This document shows, piece after piece, positions 1 to 11,487 of a stretch of 64,000 nucleotides of DNA. The position numbers were made by a program, and so were the translations under genes. How positions within the stretch are numbered: position 1 is the first letter of the stretch; every line of letters starts with the position of its first letter. The stretch covers positions 672,001 to 736,000 of the forward strand of contig OZ244252.1 in NCBI GenBank assembly GCA_965217185.1, given 5' to 3'. A model generated the notes under the pieces. The model was not told where the DNA came from, made no database searches, and saw only the letters and a list, made by a program, of their open reading frames with translations. The stretch comes from an uncultured Candidatus Entotheonella sp. (GTDB taxonomy: Bacteria > Tectomicrobia > Entotheonellia > Entotheonellales > Entotheonellaceae).

Positions 1-12
1 AAGGGAAGGCCC

Positions 13-288
13 ATGGCAACCCTAATCTTCGATACCCATGCCTTTGTGAAGCAGCTTGCAGAGGCCGGAATGCCCGAACCGCAGGCAGAAGTGCTGGCGC
101 GTACACAGGCAGCGTTGATTGATGAACGATTGGCAACCAAGGAAGATTTGCAGGCATTGGAATTACGGCTGAGCAATCAGATGAAAGAAATGGAATCCCG
201 GCTGAAATACGATCTGACGATTCGGCTGGGCCCCATGTTCGTCGTTACCGCCGGCTTGATCATTGCCCTGTTAAAGCTCATGCAATAG
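13..288 (+). CDS. DUF1640/CCDC90-like small coiled-coil protein with C-terminal TM helix
   Basis: FDTHAFVKQL..AGM...QAE start, LATKEDL motif, hydrophobic C-terminus; GGAAGG RBS. Confidence 0.8.
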   Translation: MATLIFDTHAFVKQLAEAGMPEPQAEVLARTQAALIDERLATKEDLQALELRLSNQMKEMESRLKYDLTIRLGPMFVVTAGLIIALLKLMQ

Positions 289-365
289 CCATTGTGACGG
301 ACCGGAATTCCCGACGCCCTGTGCCCTCGCGGACCCCCGCATTTGTCGATTGAGAAAGGGCAGGC

Positions 366-1145
366 ATGACCAGCGAATGCCACCTCGACATCCGAGGCGT
401 TTCGAAGCATTTCGGTGGGGTGCAGGCCATCGGCGACGTCAGCTTGCAAGTAAATCGGGGCGAGATCGTCTCGGTGATCGGGCCGAACGGCGCCGGCAAG
501 ACGACGCTCCTGAACATGATCAGCGGCTTTTACCATCCCGACAGCGGTTCCATTCTTCTCGCCGACCGCGATATCACACGTCTCTCCCCCAGCCGCATCG
601 CTACCCTGGGCGTCGCCCGAACCTTCCAGAACATCGCGCTGTTTCGCGGTATGACGGTGCTCGACAACCTCATGCTGGGGCGGCACGTTCACATGCGCAC
701 CGGCGCGCTGAGCGCCATGTTGCGCTTCGGGCCGGCCTTGCGGGAAGAAGTACAACACCGTGAGGTGGTCGAGGACGTCATCGAGTTTCTCGACATCCAG
801 CCGCTGCGCAAACAGCCGGCGGGGGCGCTGGCTTACGGATTACAGAAGCGCGTCGAACTCGGTCGCGCTCTGGCGGCGCACCCGCAGGTGCTGCTGCTCG
901 ACGAGCCGATGGGCGGCATGAACATAGAAGAAAAAGAGGACATGGCGCGCTTCGTCCTGGACGTGAACGACGAGTGGGGTACCACCATCGTATTGATCGA
1001 GCACGACATGGGGGTGGTCATGGACATCTCCGACCAGGTTGTCGTTCTCGACTTGGGACAGAAAATCGCCGAAGGCACGCCGGACGAAGTCAAGGAAGCG
1101 CCGGAGGTTATCAAAGCCTACCTGGGAACCCAGGCCGCGAGTTGA
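366..1145 (+). CDS. Branched-chain-type ABC transporter ATP-binding protein (LivG-like)
   Basis: Walker A GPNGAGKTT, LLLDEP, IEHDM, C-terminal VIKAYLG. Confidence 0.93.
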   Translation: MTSECHLDIRGVSKHFGGVQAIGDVSLQVNRGEIVSVIGPNGAGKTTLLNMISGFYHPDSGSILLADRDITRLSPSRIATLGVARTFQNIALFRGMTVLDNLMLGRHVHMRTGALSAMLRFGPALREEVQHREVVEDVIEFLDIQPLRKQPAGALAYGLQKRVELGRALAAHPQVLLLDEPMGGMNIEEKEDMARFVLDVNDEWGTTIVLIEHDMGVVMDISDQVVVLDLGQKIAEGTPDEVKEAPEVIKAYLGTQAAS

Positions 1146-1188
1146 CCCTGGCCGCACGCATCAGCAACCGCACCATGAGGAAGAGACG

Positions 1189-3099
1189 ATGGACGAGACC
1201 ACCCTGCCGCACTATCTGCTGCGCAACGCCCGTGAGTTTCCCCATCAGGTGGCCATGCGGGAAAAGGAAAAGGGCATCTGGCAGCAGTGGACCTGGCGCC
1301 AATACCTGGACGAGGTGCGCGACCTGGCACTGGGGCTCGTCGCGCTGGGATTCGAGCGCGGCGACAAGCTGGCCATCCTGAGCGACAATCGGCCACAGGT
1401 CTACTGGGCCATGGTGGCCGCGCAGGCGCTCGGCGGTATGCCGGTGCCGCTGTATCAGGACTCCATCAGCCGGCAGTTGGCTTTCGTCGTCGGCCACTCG
1501 GACGCCGCCATGGTGCTGGCCGAGGATCAGGAGCAGGTGGACAAGGTTCTGGAGTTGAAGGACAACCTGCCCAAGGTGCGCCGGGTGATCTACGACGACC
1601 CCAAGGGCATGCGGCATTACAACGATCCGTGGCTGACCAGTTTCACTGCCGTCCAGGAAAAGGGCCGCGAGTTGGGCCGGCAACAGCCGCACCTATTCGA
1701 CGAGCATGTCTCGGCAGGGCGAGCCGACGATATCGCGCTGCTCTGCTACACCTCCGGCACCACTGGGCAGCCCAAGGGCGCCATGCTGTCGCACGCCAAC
1801 CTGATTACTGCGGTCGAGGGCATGCAGATCGTCGAGCCCTACTACCCCACCGACGAAACGCTGGCTTACCTGCCGCCCGCCTGGGTCGGCGATACCTTCT
1901 GGTCGCTGGCCGGCGCGCTGATGACGGGATGCCGGGTGAATTGCCCGGAACGCCCGGAGACGGTGCAGGCGAATATCCGGGAGATTGCCCCGCACTTCCT
2001 GGTGGCGCCGCCGCGTATCTGGGAGAATCTCGTCTCCGAGGTGCGCACCCGCGTCGACGACGCCTCGTTTATGAAGCGTTGGCTGTTCCACAAGCTGATG
2101 CCGGTCGGCGAGGACGTGGCCCGTAAGCGCATGGAGAAAGAGCCGGTGGGCGTTCTCCAGAAGGGCTTGCACAAGCTGGCCGAGTTTTTCGTTTTCGGCC
2201 CCCTGCGCGATCATCTCGGCTTCCGCCGCATACGCTCGGCCTACACCGGCGGCGCGCCGCTTGGCCCTGAGATTTTCCTGTTTTTCCGCGCCCTCGGCAT
2301 CAACCTCAAGCAGGTATACGGCCAGACGGAATCCGGCGTGACCTGCGTGCAGCGCGATGGCGACGTGTCGCTGGGCACCGTCGGCAAGCCGTTTCCCAAC
2401 GTCGAGATGGCGGTGTCGGACGACGGCGAGGTACTGATCAACGGCCCGATGGTCTTCAAGGGCTACTACAAAGACGAGGCTGCCACCGCTGCCGCCCTCA
2501 AGGACGGCTGGCTGTATTCGGGCGACGCCGGGCTCATCGACCCGAACGACCATTTGGTGGTCATCGACCGCGCCAAGGACGTGACGGCGCTTACCGACGG
2601 CACCCGATTCGCCCCGCAATTCATCGAGAACAAGCTGAAGTTCAGCCCATATATCAAGGAGGCGGTGTCGTTCGGCCAGGATCGCCCGTACGTCGCCGCC
2701 ATGGTCGATATCGATATGGAGAACGTCGGGCGCTGGGCGGAAAAGAATCGCCTGGCGTACACGACCTACACCGATCTGGCGCAAAAACCCGAAGTCTATG
2801 ACCTCATCGCGCTGGAGGTCGACCGGGTGAACCGCGACCTGCCCGAATCGACCCGTATCCGGCGCTTCCTGCTGTTGCACAAGGAGCTGGACGCCGATGA
2901 CGAGGAGATCACCCGCACGCGCAAGGTGCGCCGTGGGCTGGTGGCGGAACGGTACGCCGACATCATTGCCGCCCTGTTCACCGAGGAAGTCTCGACCGTG
3001 CCGGTGACCTCGGTCATCACGTACCAGGACGGGCGTCAGGCAACGCTGGAGACCACGCTGGCGATTCGCGATGCCGGCACGGCCCTGGCCGAGGCGTAG
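1189..3099 (+). CDS. Long-chain acyl-CoA synthetase (AMP-binding)
   Basis: YTSGTTGQPKG, YGQTE, SGDAG motifs; start moved to ATG 1189 after GAGGAAG. Confidence 0.92.
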   Translation: MDETTLPHYLLRNAREFPHQVAMREKEKGIWQQWTWRQYLDEVRDLALGLVALGFERGDKLAILSDNRPQVYWAMVAAQALGGMPVPLYQDSISRQLAFVVGHSDAAMVLAEDQEQVDKVLELKDNLPKVRRVIYDDPKGMRHYNDPWLTSFTAVQEKGRELGRQQPHLFDEHVSAGRADDIALLCYTSGTTGQPKGAMLSHANLITAVEGMQIVEPYYPTDETLAYLPPAWVGDTFWSLAGALMTGCRVNCPERPETVQANIREIAPHFLVAPPRIWENLVSEVRTRVDDASFMKRWLFHKLMPVGEDVARKRMEKEPVGVLQKGLHKLAEFFVFGPLRDHLGFRRIRSAYTGGAPLGPEIFLFFRALGINLKQVYGQTESGVTCVQRDGDVSLGTVGKPFPNVEMAVSDDGEVLINGPMVFKGYYKDEAATAAALKDGWLYSGDAGLIDPNDHLVVIDRAKDVTALTDGTRFAPQFIENKLKFSPYIKEAVSFGQDRPYVAAMVDIDMENVGRWAEKNRLAYTTYTDLAQKPEVYDLIALEVDRVNRDLPESTRIRRFLLLHKELDADDEEITRTRKVRRGLVAERYADIIAALFTEEVSTVPVTSVITYQDGRQATLETTLAIRDAGTALAEA

Positions 3100-3110
3100 G
3101 GGAGAGACCA

Positions 3111-3995
3111 ATGGAATTCCTGTTCGATCTGACCGCCAACGGCCTGCTGGTGGGGCTCATGTACGCTCTGGTGGCGCTGGGCTTCGTGCTCATTTACAAG
3201 GCCACCAGCGTGATTAACTTCGCGCAGGGCGACCTGCTGATGTTCGCCGGCTACGCGGCGGCGGTGATGACCGGCGGCCTCGGCATGCCCTTATGGGCCA
3301 TGGTGCTGGTGCTGTGTGCCGGCATGGTGCTGCTGGGCTTCGTGCTGGAGCGTGGCATCCTGCGGCCGATGGTCGGGCAGCCGGTAGTGTCGGTCATCAT
3401 GGTGACCATCGGCCTGAGTTTCGTGCTGCAGGGGCTGGTGACGATCATATGGGGCGCCAACACGCGGGAACTGGCCCTGCCGGTTCGGTTCGAGCCGTAC
3501 ATCCTGGGTCCCGTTTACATCTCGCCGATCAACCTGGTGGCTGCGGTCATCGCCATCTTGTTCCTGATTGGCTTTGGCGTGTTTTTCACGCGCAGCCGCC
3601 TAGGGGTGGCCATGCGGGCGGTGGCCGATGACCAGCAGGCGTCGATGGTGGTGGGCATCAAAGTGCCGCGCGTGTTCGCGCTGTCGTGGGCCATCGCCGG
3701 GTTGGCAGCGGCCGCGGGCGGCATCATCTGGGGCAACCAGATCGGCGTCGACACCTTTCTGGCCCTGGTCGGCCTCAAGGTCTTTCCGGTGGTCATTCTC
3801 GGCGGCCTGGACAGTATCGGCGGCGCCATCATCGGCGGCCTGCTGATGGGCGTCATCGAGAGCCTGGCGGCCGGCTACCTCGACCCCGTGGTGGGTGGCG
3901 GCACCAAGGACTTCATTCCCTACCTGCTGATGATTCTGGTGCTGTTCGTGCGGCCGTACGGCCTTTTCGGACACGAGACGATCGAGCGGGTGTAG
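3111..3995 (+). CDS. Branched-chain-type ABC permease (LivH-like)
   Basis: YALVALGFVLIYKA..VINFAQG, GVAMRAVA, ILGGLDS. Confidence 0.92.
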   Translation: MEFLFDLTANGLLVGLMYALVALGFVLIYKATSVINFAQGDLLMFAGYAAAVMTGGLGMPLWAMVLVLCAGMVLLGFVLERGILRPMVGQPVVSVIMVTIGLSFVLQGLVTIIWGANTRELALPVRFEPYILGPVYISPINLVAAVIAILFLIGFGVFFTRSRLGVAMRAVADDQQASMVVGIKVPRVFALSWAIAGLAAAAGGIIWGNQIGVDTFLALVGLKVFPVVILGGLDSIGGAIIGGLLMGVIESLAAGYLDPVVGGGTKDFIPYLLMILVLFVRPYGLFGHETIERV

Positions 3996-3997
3996 AC

Positions 3998-5080
3998 GTG
4001 ATCAACCGGGAATCGGGCATATTTCAGACGAGCTACGAGGGCGATATGGCCCTCTACACGCTGCCGCTGGCCAGGAACACCACGCGGGTGGTGGTGGCGT
4101 TGCTGGTCCTGCTTCCCGTCCCGCTGATGATGGCGAACAACGAGCACCTGATGAGCATCGCCACCACCATCACCCTGGCGGCCATCGGCGCCATCGGCCT
4201 GAACCTTCTGGTCGGCTACACCGGGCAGATCTCCATCGGTCAGGGCGCCTTCATGATGGTCGGGGGGTACACCGCCGCCATCCTGTCGAGCCGCTACGGC
4301 ATGCCCTTCTGGTTCGGCATCCTGGCGGGCGGCTGCACGACTGCGCTGGTCGGGGTTCTGTTCGGCATTCCGTCCCTGCGCATCAAGGGCCTGTACCTGG
4401 CCATCGCCACCCTGGCGGCGCAGCTCATCATCGAGTGGGTCATCAACCACGTGCCGTGGATCAGCGGCGGCGCGCAGTCCTCCATCTACGTCGACAATCC
4501 GGTGCTGTTCGGTTTCGAGTTCAATACCGAGTTCCGGCGCTACTACCTGGTGCTGGTGGTCTTCCTGCTGGCCTTTTTCGGGGCCCAGAACCTGGTGCGG
4601 GGGCGCATCGGGCGGGCCTTCATCGCTATCCGCGACCGCGACATCGCGGCGGAGATCATCGGCGTCAATCTGTTTCGCTACAAGCTGCTGGCTTTCGCTA
4701 TCAGCTCGTTCTATGCCGGTGTGGCGGGAGCGCTGTGGACGTATTACCTGCGCATCGCCAACTACGAGAATTTTATCTTGGCGGTGTCGATCGAATACCT
4801 CGCGATGATCATCATCGGCGGCCTGGGCAGTGTGCTGGGGGCGGTCTTCGGGGCCATTTTCATCAAGCTGTTCCCCATCGCCCTGGACCTGACGGTGGTG
4901 AGCGTTTCAGAGGGTGTTTTCGGCATCCCATATCAGGATGTGGCCAATTTCCTGGCCAACATGCAGCTGTTCCTGTTCGGCGCCTTGATCATCTTTTTCC
5001 TCACCGTCGAGCCGCAGGGGTTGGCTCGCATGTGGGAACACGTCAAACGGTACTTCCGATTGTGGCCTTACTCGTACTGA
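3998..5080 (+). CDS. Branched-chain-type ABC permease (LivM-like)
   Basis: GLNLLVGYTGQISIG, GLYLAIATLA, GRAFIAIRD; GTG start just after the previous stop. Confidence 0.9.
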   Translation: MINRESGIFQTSYEGDMALYTLPLARNTTRVVVALLVLLPVPLMMANNEHLMSIATTITLAAIGAIGLNLLVGYTGQISIGQGAFMMVGGYTAAILSSRYGMPFWFGILAGGCTTALVGVLFGIPSLRIKGLYLAIATLAAQLIIEWVINHVPWISGGAQSSIYVDNPVLFGFEFNTEFRRYYLVLVVFLLAFFGAQNLVRGRIGRAFIAIRDRDIAAEIIGVNLFRYKLLAFAISSFYAGVAGALWTYYLRIANYENFILAVSIEYLAMIIIGGLGSVLGAVFGAIFIKLFPIALDLTVVSVSEGVFGIPYQDVANFLANMQLFLFGALIIFFLTVEPQGLARMWEHVKRYFRLWPYSY

Positions 5081-5141
5081 ACGTCGGAGCGGACAGGGTA
5101 GGGCGCATCGGGCAAACCTGCTTGCAGAAAGGGGAGCTTCC

Positions 5142-6374
5142 ATGCAGTCGCGTTGCGCTACGAAATGGCTCGGTGCATTGGGTGTGCTGGTGGTACTGCT
5201 CGGCACCGGGGGGTTGCTGTCGGCCGATGAGATCGTCGTGGGCGGACAGTGCGACCGCACCGGCCCGACGAAGTTCATCGGCACGCTGCTGTGCCCCGGG
5301 GTGAACGACTACATCAAGCTGATCAACAAGAAGGGCGGGATCAATGGCCATACGGTGCGCTATATTGAGGTGGAGCATGCCTACAAGGTCGACCGCGGTG
5401 TTGAGGCCTACGAACGCATCAAGCACGCGGGGGGCGTGGCGACGGTTGATTACGGCACGCCCATCGTGTACGCGCTGACGCCGCGGCATATGGAAGACAA
5501 AATTCCGGGCCTGACGCCGGGCTTCGGGCGCGCCGATGCGGCGGACGGCGAGCGCTTTCCGTATATCTTCCCGGTGGCTGCCTCGTATTGGTCGCAGGCG
5601 GCGGCGGCGATGCAATTCATCAAGGACCAGGGGGCCGCGGCGGGTGCCAAGGTGGCGTATATCTATTACGACAATCCCGCCGGGCGCGAGCCGCTGCCCA
5701 TTTTCAGACGCATTTGCGAGCAGGAAGGCTACAGTTGCCGCGAGTTTGCGGTGCCGCCGCCGGGTATCGAAATGGCCGCCGCGGTCCTGGACATCACGCG
5801 CCGCATGCGGGCCGAGTGGGTGGTCTCGCACCTGTTCGGCAAGGCGCCGGCCATTTCCATCCGCGAGTTTCGCAAGAACGGCTTCCCGCTGAACAAGGTG
5901 GTCAGTCTGGTGTGGGGCGCCGGCGAGATGGACATGATCGCTGCCGGCTGGAAGAACGCCCAGGGCTACCTGGGGATGCAATTTGCCGGCGTCGGGCGTG
6001 ATTTCCCGGTGATTCGTGAGATCGTCAGCATGTATGAGGAGGAAGGGCAAGACGTGCCGGAGATGGTCGGCCAGGTGTACTACAACCGCGGCGTCTTTAC
6101 GGCGGCGGTCATCGTGGAAGGGCTGCGTCTTGCAGTGGAGAACTTCGGCATGCCGGTAACCGGGGAAAAGGTGAAGATGGGCTACGAGCGCATCACCGAT
6201 TTCACCCTGGGCGGTTTCCTGCCGCCCCTCAGCATCACCGTGCAGGATCACGAGGGCGGCGGCTGGGTGCGCATTTACGAGACCATGGGCGAGGACCTGG
6301 TGCCGCACACCGAGTGGTTTCAGGGCTATCGGGACGTCGTCCTCGATGAGGTCAGGAAGGCGGCGCAGGAATAG
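5142..6374 (+). CDS. ABC transporter substrate-binding protein (LivJ-like)
   Basis: Signal peptide, INKKGGING motif, operon context. Confidence 0.88.
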   Translation: MQSRCATKWLGALGVLVVLLGTGGLLSADEIVVGGQCDRTGPTKFIGTLLCPGVNDYIKLINKKGGINGHTVRYIEVEHAYKVDRGVEAYERIKHAGGVATVDYGTPIVYALTPRHMEDKIPGLTPGFGRADAADGERFPYIFPVAASYWSQAAAAMQFIKDQGAAAGAKVAYIYYDNPAGREPLPIFRRICEQEGYSCREFAVPPPGIEMAAAVLDITRRMRAEWVVSHLFGKAPAISIREFRKNGFPLNKVVSLVWGAGEMDMIAAGWKNAQGYLGMQFAGVGRDFPVIREIVSMYEEEGQDVPEMVGQVYYNRGVFTAAVIVEGLRLAVENFGMPVTGEKVKMGYERITDFTLGGFLPPLSITVQDHEGGGWVRIYETMGEDLVPHTEWFQGYRDVVLDEVRKAAQE

Positions 6375-6402
6375 GCGCGGCGAGCGGGAGGCCTGTCCGG
6401 CC

Positions 6403-7197
<795 letters not shown>

Positions 7198-7319
7198 CGG
7201 GCCGTCAGCGACGCGTCAGGCGCAATTCAGCTTGTCACCGCTGGGGTGGCGGCGTAGAGTAGGGCGCTGATTTTCCCAGAAGGCTTGGATGCTGCTGTCG
7301 GGACAAAGAGGATCTTACG

Positions 7320-8303
7320 ATGGTGACTGAAGTCACACCCTTGGAGAAGCAGGGAATGCGGCCCAGCCTCTGGCAGCGCTTGCTGGATTGGAGCGCTACG
7401 GACGCGCTCACGGGCTACGTCTTCGTTCTGCCGGCCTTCGGCTGGATCGCCCTGCTGGTGGCGATGCCGTTTTGCATCGCGCTGGCTTACAGCGTCAGCA
7501 ATGCCTGGATCGATACCGAGTGGATTTGGGCGGAGTTCCTGGGCCTCCAGGAGGGAGAACTGACGTTCCTGGGGCTGGACAATTTCATCGACTTGTTCGG
7601 CGACAGTATCTTTCTGCAGACGCTGCAAAATTCCATCGTGTTCTCAACCGCCTCGGTGGCCCTGAAGGCTATCCTGGGCCTCACACTGGCGTTGCTGCTG
7701 AACCGCACCCTGCACTTCAACAAGGTAATCCGCGGCGCGCTGCTGCTGCCCTTCGTGGTGCCGACTGCCCTCAGCACGCTAGGGTGGTGGTGGATGTTCG
7801 ATTCGCTATACAGCGTCATCAACTGGACGCTGGTGCATCTCAACCTGGCGGAACGCGGCCCGGCGTGGCTGTCCAACCCGTATCTGGCCATGCTGGCCGT
7901 CATCATCGTCAACACCTGGCGCGGCCTGCCGTTCTTCGCCATCACGGTGCTGGCCGGTCTGGTGTCGATCCCCAATGAGTTGTACGAGGCCGCCGAAACG
8001 GACGGCGCTGCGGCGCTGCGGCGTTTCTGGCACATCACGCTGCCGCTGCTGCGCCCGGTGCTGGCGGTGGTGGTGCTGTTCTCGACGATCTTCACGCTGG
8101 CCGAATTCAACATCATCTTCGTGCTGACCCGGGGCGGCCCGGAAAACATGACGCACCTTTTTTCCACCCTGTCATACACCTACGGACTGATCGGCGGGCA
8201 ACTCGGCTCCGGCGCCGCTATCTCGCTTTTCCTGTTTCCCTTCATGCTAGTGATCGTCTACTTCCAGTTGAAGTTGATACGCCGGGATACGACGTACGAT
8301 TAG
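7320..8303 (+). CDS. Carbohydrate ABC transporter permease
   Basis: EAA motif IPNELYEAAETDGA...FWHITLPLL, LTRGGP. Confidence 0.9.
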   Translation: MVTEVTPLEKQGMRPSLWQRLLDWSATDALTGYVFVLPAFGWIALLVAMPFCIALAYSVSNAWIDTEWIWAEFLGLQEGELTFLGLDNFIDLFGDSIFLQTLQNSIVFSTASVALKAILGLTLALLLNRTLHFNKVIRGALLLPFVVPTALSTLGWWWMFDSLYSVINWTLVHLNLAERGPAWLSNPYLAMLAVIIVNTWRGLPFFAITVLAGLVSIPNELYEAAETDGAAALRRFWHITLPLLRPVLAVVVLFSTIFTLAEFNIIFVLTRGGPENMTHLFSTLSYTYGLIGGQLGSGAAISLFLFPFMLVIVYFQLKLIRRDTTYD

Positions 8304-8417
8304 CCGGTCAGCGGGTAGGGGAGGCAAGCTGCTCCGATGGATGGGCGGCGTCATCCTGGCCTTTCAGGTGCTGGTGTTTGGCAAGCTGTTCTTTACGTGA
8401 TGGAAAGGAACCTCGGA

Positions 8418-9587
8418 ATGTGGCCCTCGGCACAATCGATTCATCTCGTTGGCGTGGCGTTCGCGCTGTTGCACGTGCTCGCCGGCATCGCCGCCGGGCA
8501 GCCCTTTGTGGTGGCGCTTGGCGCCATCGGCGTGCTGCTGGCCTATGGCCTGTGGCGCCGCAGCGATTCCGTCCGCCTGGGGAGTATCGTGTTGCTGACG
8601 CTGTACGTGGTGGTGCGGCTGGTTCTGGGTGTGTTCGCCTGGCGCGGCGCGGGGGCGGCGGTGCAGGTGCCGAATATCGTGGCCATCCTCGGATCGTTGT
8701 ACCTGATTCTGGCCTTGGGGCGCCTGGGCGTGGCGTTCGCCAGCAAGCGCGACATGTGGCTGGGGGTGTTTATCTCGAATTACCTGCCGCTGCTGCCGTA
8801 CCTGTTTTTCGCCCTGTTCCCGTTGTACTTCATGATGGTTACGTCGCTGAAGACGGACAACGAGCTGTACGACCTGGAGGCGGTGCCGTTCTGGATCACC
8901 GGCGCCGGGTTCACGCTCGGCAACTACGGCTATCTGTTCGAGAAGACGCCGTACGTGGTGTGGCTGATCAATACGCTGAAGGTCTCCATCTGTGCCACGG
9001 CCATCTCGGTGGCGATTGCCATTCTGGCCGCCTACGCCCTGGCTCGCCTGCGCTTCCGGGGCGCCGAGACGTTCGGCGTGGCGGTGTTCGTGACGTATTT
9101 GGTGCCGCCCTCACTGCTGTTCCTGCCCCTGGCGCGGGTGGTCGATAGCCTGGGCTTGTCGGACCGCGCGCTGGCGCTGATTGTCACCTATCCAACCTTT
9201 CTGATCCCCTTCTGTACCTGGCTGCTGATGGGTTACTTCCGCACCATCCCCAAGGAAATCGAAGAATGCGCCATGATCGACGGCTGTAACCGCATCCAGG
9301 CCCTGTTGCGCATCGTCCTTCCCATGGCCGTGCCGGGCATCATCTGCGCGGTCCTATTCGGCTTTACCCTGTCCTGGAACGAGTTTCTCTACTCCCTGGT
9401 GTTCATCTCCACCACCGGCGCCAAAACTATCTCCGTAGGTGTCATTTCCGAGCTCATTCGGGGCGACATCTACTACTGGGGTCAACTCATGGCCGGCGCC
9501 ATGGTCGGTTCCGTCCCCATCGTCGTTGCCTACGTCTTCTTCATGGATTACTACGTCTCCGGCCTCACCGCAGGAGCGGTCAAGTAG
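8418..9587 (+). CDS. Carbohydrate ABC transporter permease with extra N-terminal membrane region
   Basis: IPKEIEECAMIDG, WNEFLYS; start uncertain (ATG 8418 follows GAAAGGA). Confidence 0.85.
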   Translation: MWPSAQSIHLVGVAFALLHVLAGIAAGQPFVVALGAIGVLLAYGLWRRSDSVRLGSIVLLTLYVVVRLVLGVFAWRGAGAAVQVPNIVAILGSLYLILALGRLGVAFASKRDMWLGVFISNYLPLLPYLFFALFPLYFMMVTSLKTDNELYDLEAVPFWITGAGFTLGNYGYLFEKTPYVVWLINTLKVSICATAISVAIAILAAYALARLRFRGAETFGVAVFVTYLVPPSLLFLPLARVVDSLGLSDRALALIVTYPTFLIPFCTWLLMGYFRTIPKEIEECAMIDGCNRIQALLRIVLPMAVPGIICAVLFGFTLSWNEFLYSLVFISTTGAKTISVGVISELIRGDIYYWGQLMAGAMVGSVPIVVAYVFFMDYYVSGLTAGAVK

Positions 9588-9614
9588 GTCGGATTAGCGA
9601 AAGCGTAATCCGAC
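9584..9614 (+). repeat. GTAG-type REP palindrome, copy 1
   Basis: GTAGGTCGGATTAGC-GAAA-GCGTAATCCGAC; overlaps the permease TAG stop. Confidence 0.85.
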
Positions 9615-9690
9615 TTTCCTATCGGGCTCGGCCGCGGATCAAGCCCGGACTCCGGCTTCCACCGGAGTGATCGGGGATTCACCGAAGCGT

Positions 9691-11280
9691 CTACGACTGA
9701 GGCTTGATCCAGGCCGTTCGGTAGTCCTGCGGGGTGATGGCTTTTTCGAGGAGGGCGATGGTGTCGATGACGAGGGAGCGTTGGGGCTCGCTCAACTCGT
9801 GGCTGACCTCGTGGAGAATGTTGCGGACGATATTCCAGTTCTCGGTCAGCTTGAAGGACCTGACGTCAGCCTCCAGAGCCTCGACGAGCGTGGTGCATTG
9901 GCGCCGCAGGCCGGTGGGGTTCTTGCCGTCGCAGGTTTGGGCGAAAATGATGATGGCGGTCAGCCATATCTTGCCGCCCCAACCGGCCCATTGGATGCCG
10001 CGGCCGGCGGCTTGCCCGGCAGCCTGCCACTGCCGGGCGGCGAGGCGGGCAAAGGCCAGTGCGAGGTGATTGCTGACGTGGCCGGAGTAGCGTTCAATGG
10101 CGCCCTGAGCTTTCTTGACGGCATCGTCGAAGCGCCGTAACTGCACCAGAACACGGCTTTCGGCGGCCAGAAGATGGGCGTGGAACTTGACGGGGATGTT
10201 TGCCAGCCCATCCTCGTAGGCGTCAAGGGCTTGGTGCAGCGCCTTGTGTGCCTCTTCCGTTGAGGTGGTTTGGCTGGCTCGCCGTTGGTAGAGCGCGCCG
10301 CGTAGCCGGTAAATGTTGTAATCCTTGCGGTTCTTGCTCTGCACGGTGGCCAGGTCGCGGATCACGAGGTCTTCGTCCTCGGGCAGGCCGCGGCGGAAAT
10401 ATGCCTCGGCGCGGCTGACGAAGCATCCGACGTCTGCCGGATTGCGATTTAACCCTTCGGTGGCGAGTTCGATCGCATTCTCATAATTGCCGGTACGTGT
10501 TTCGAGATCGAGGAGCTGGTAACGCACGGCGCTGTTGTAGGGATTCAGTTCCAGCGCCTCACCCAACGTCTGCTTGGCGGTCTGCGGCTCCAACTCGCTC
10601 TGCACGGCACCCAGCGCCATGAGGTCCTCTTGCCGCCGTTCACCCCGCGCCTTGATCATCTGCAGCAGATGCGCCTCGGCGTCGGCATGGCGACCCAAGA
10701 CTTGTTCGCACTGAGCCACCAGGGACAGCTGCGTGACGTTATCCTCTGCGAGGCCGGCCAACAGGTGGGGTAAGGCTTCGGGGTAACGTTTGGCGCCGTG
10801 CAGCGCCTCGCCCAGCGCCCAGCGCCCGGCGCGGTGCTCGGGGTGCTGCGCCACGGCGCTTTGCAGTGCCTTGACGGCATCCTCGGGACGGCGTTGCCAC
10901 AACAGGATTTTGCCGGGCAGCAGCCATTCGTAGTGCGCCAGCGTCTCCTGCAGATCAGACACCGCCTGGCTGTTTTGCAAGGCTTTCTCGGTGACCCGCA
11001 CCAGCCGGTTATCCGTGCCGCTCCACCGCTCTTCGGTCACTTGCCCCTCGCTCAGCAGCAGTTTTTCCAGGTATTGGGTGCGGTAGAGCAGCACACCCAC
11101 CAGTGCTACGACCAGTAAGGCCGACAGGGTGAAGGGGGCTACGGAAGGGATGAGGTACGTGAGAGGATCGCTGCCCAATGCACTGGCAAGCGTGACCAAG
11201 GCTGTCAGGAACAACAGGATGAATTGAAGCCGCCGCATGATCCGCCTTATTAGGACTTGCATCCCCAATTGCCTATTCAC
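9691..11280 (-). CDS. Membrane-anchored tetratricopeptide-repeat protein
   Basis: Two N-terminal hydrophobic helices, repeated TPR-like units (ALELNP, AIELA..GLNRNP); start uncertain. Confidence 0.78.
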   Translation of the reverse strand: MNRQLGMQVLIRRIMRRLQFILLFLTALVTLASALGSDPLTYLIPSVAPFTLSALLVVALVGVLLYRTQYLEKLLLSEGQVTEERWSGTDNRLVRVTEKALQNSQAVSDLQETLAHYEWLLPGKILLWQRRPEDAVKALQSAVAQHPEHRAGRWALGEALHGAKRYPEALPHLLAGLAEDNVTQLSLVAQCEQVLGRHADAEAHLLQMIKARGERRQEDLMALGAVQSELEPQTAKQTLGEALELNPYNSAVRYQLLDLETRTGNYENAIELATEGLNRNPADVGCFVSRAEAYFRRGLPEDEDLVIRDLATVQSKNRKDYNIYRLRGALYQRRASQTTSTEEAHKALHQALDAYEDGLANIPVKFHAHLLAAESRVLVQLRRFDDAVKKAQGAIERYSGHVSNHLALAFARLAARQWQAAGQAAGRGIQWAGWGGKIWLTAIIIFAQTCDGKNPTGLRRQCTTLVEALEADVRSFKLTENWNIVRNILHEVSHELSEPQRSLVIDTIALLEKAITPQDYRTAWIKPQS

Positions 11281-11487
11281 GAATTGTCAAAAAAAACGTC
11301 TGGCTATTCTATCACACCGTTGTGCAGGTTCATACCACCCGGGCGGTTCAACCCTCGGCCGCAAGGTTGCTTTTTCTTTCCCTCGGGGGCGATTTTGATA
11401 TATGGTGACGGCAACGCGGCCACCCTATCGCGGTGAGGGGTGAGGCTGGCGAGTAGTGGCGTTTTACCCAACAGGAAGGAGCTTTGC

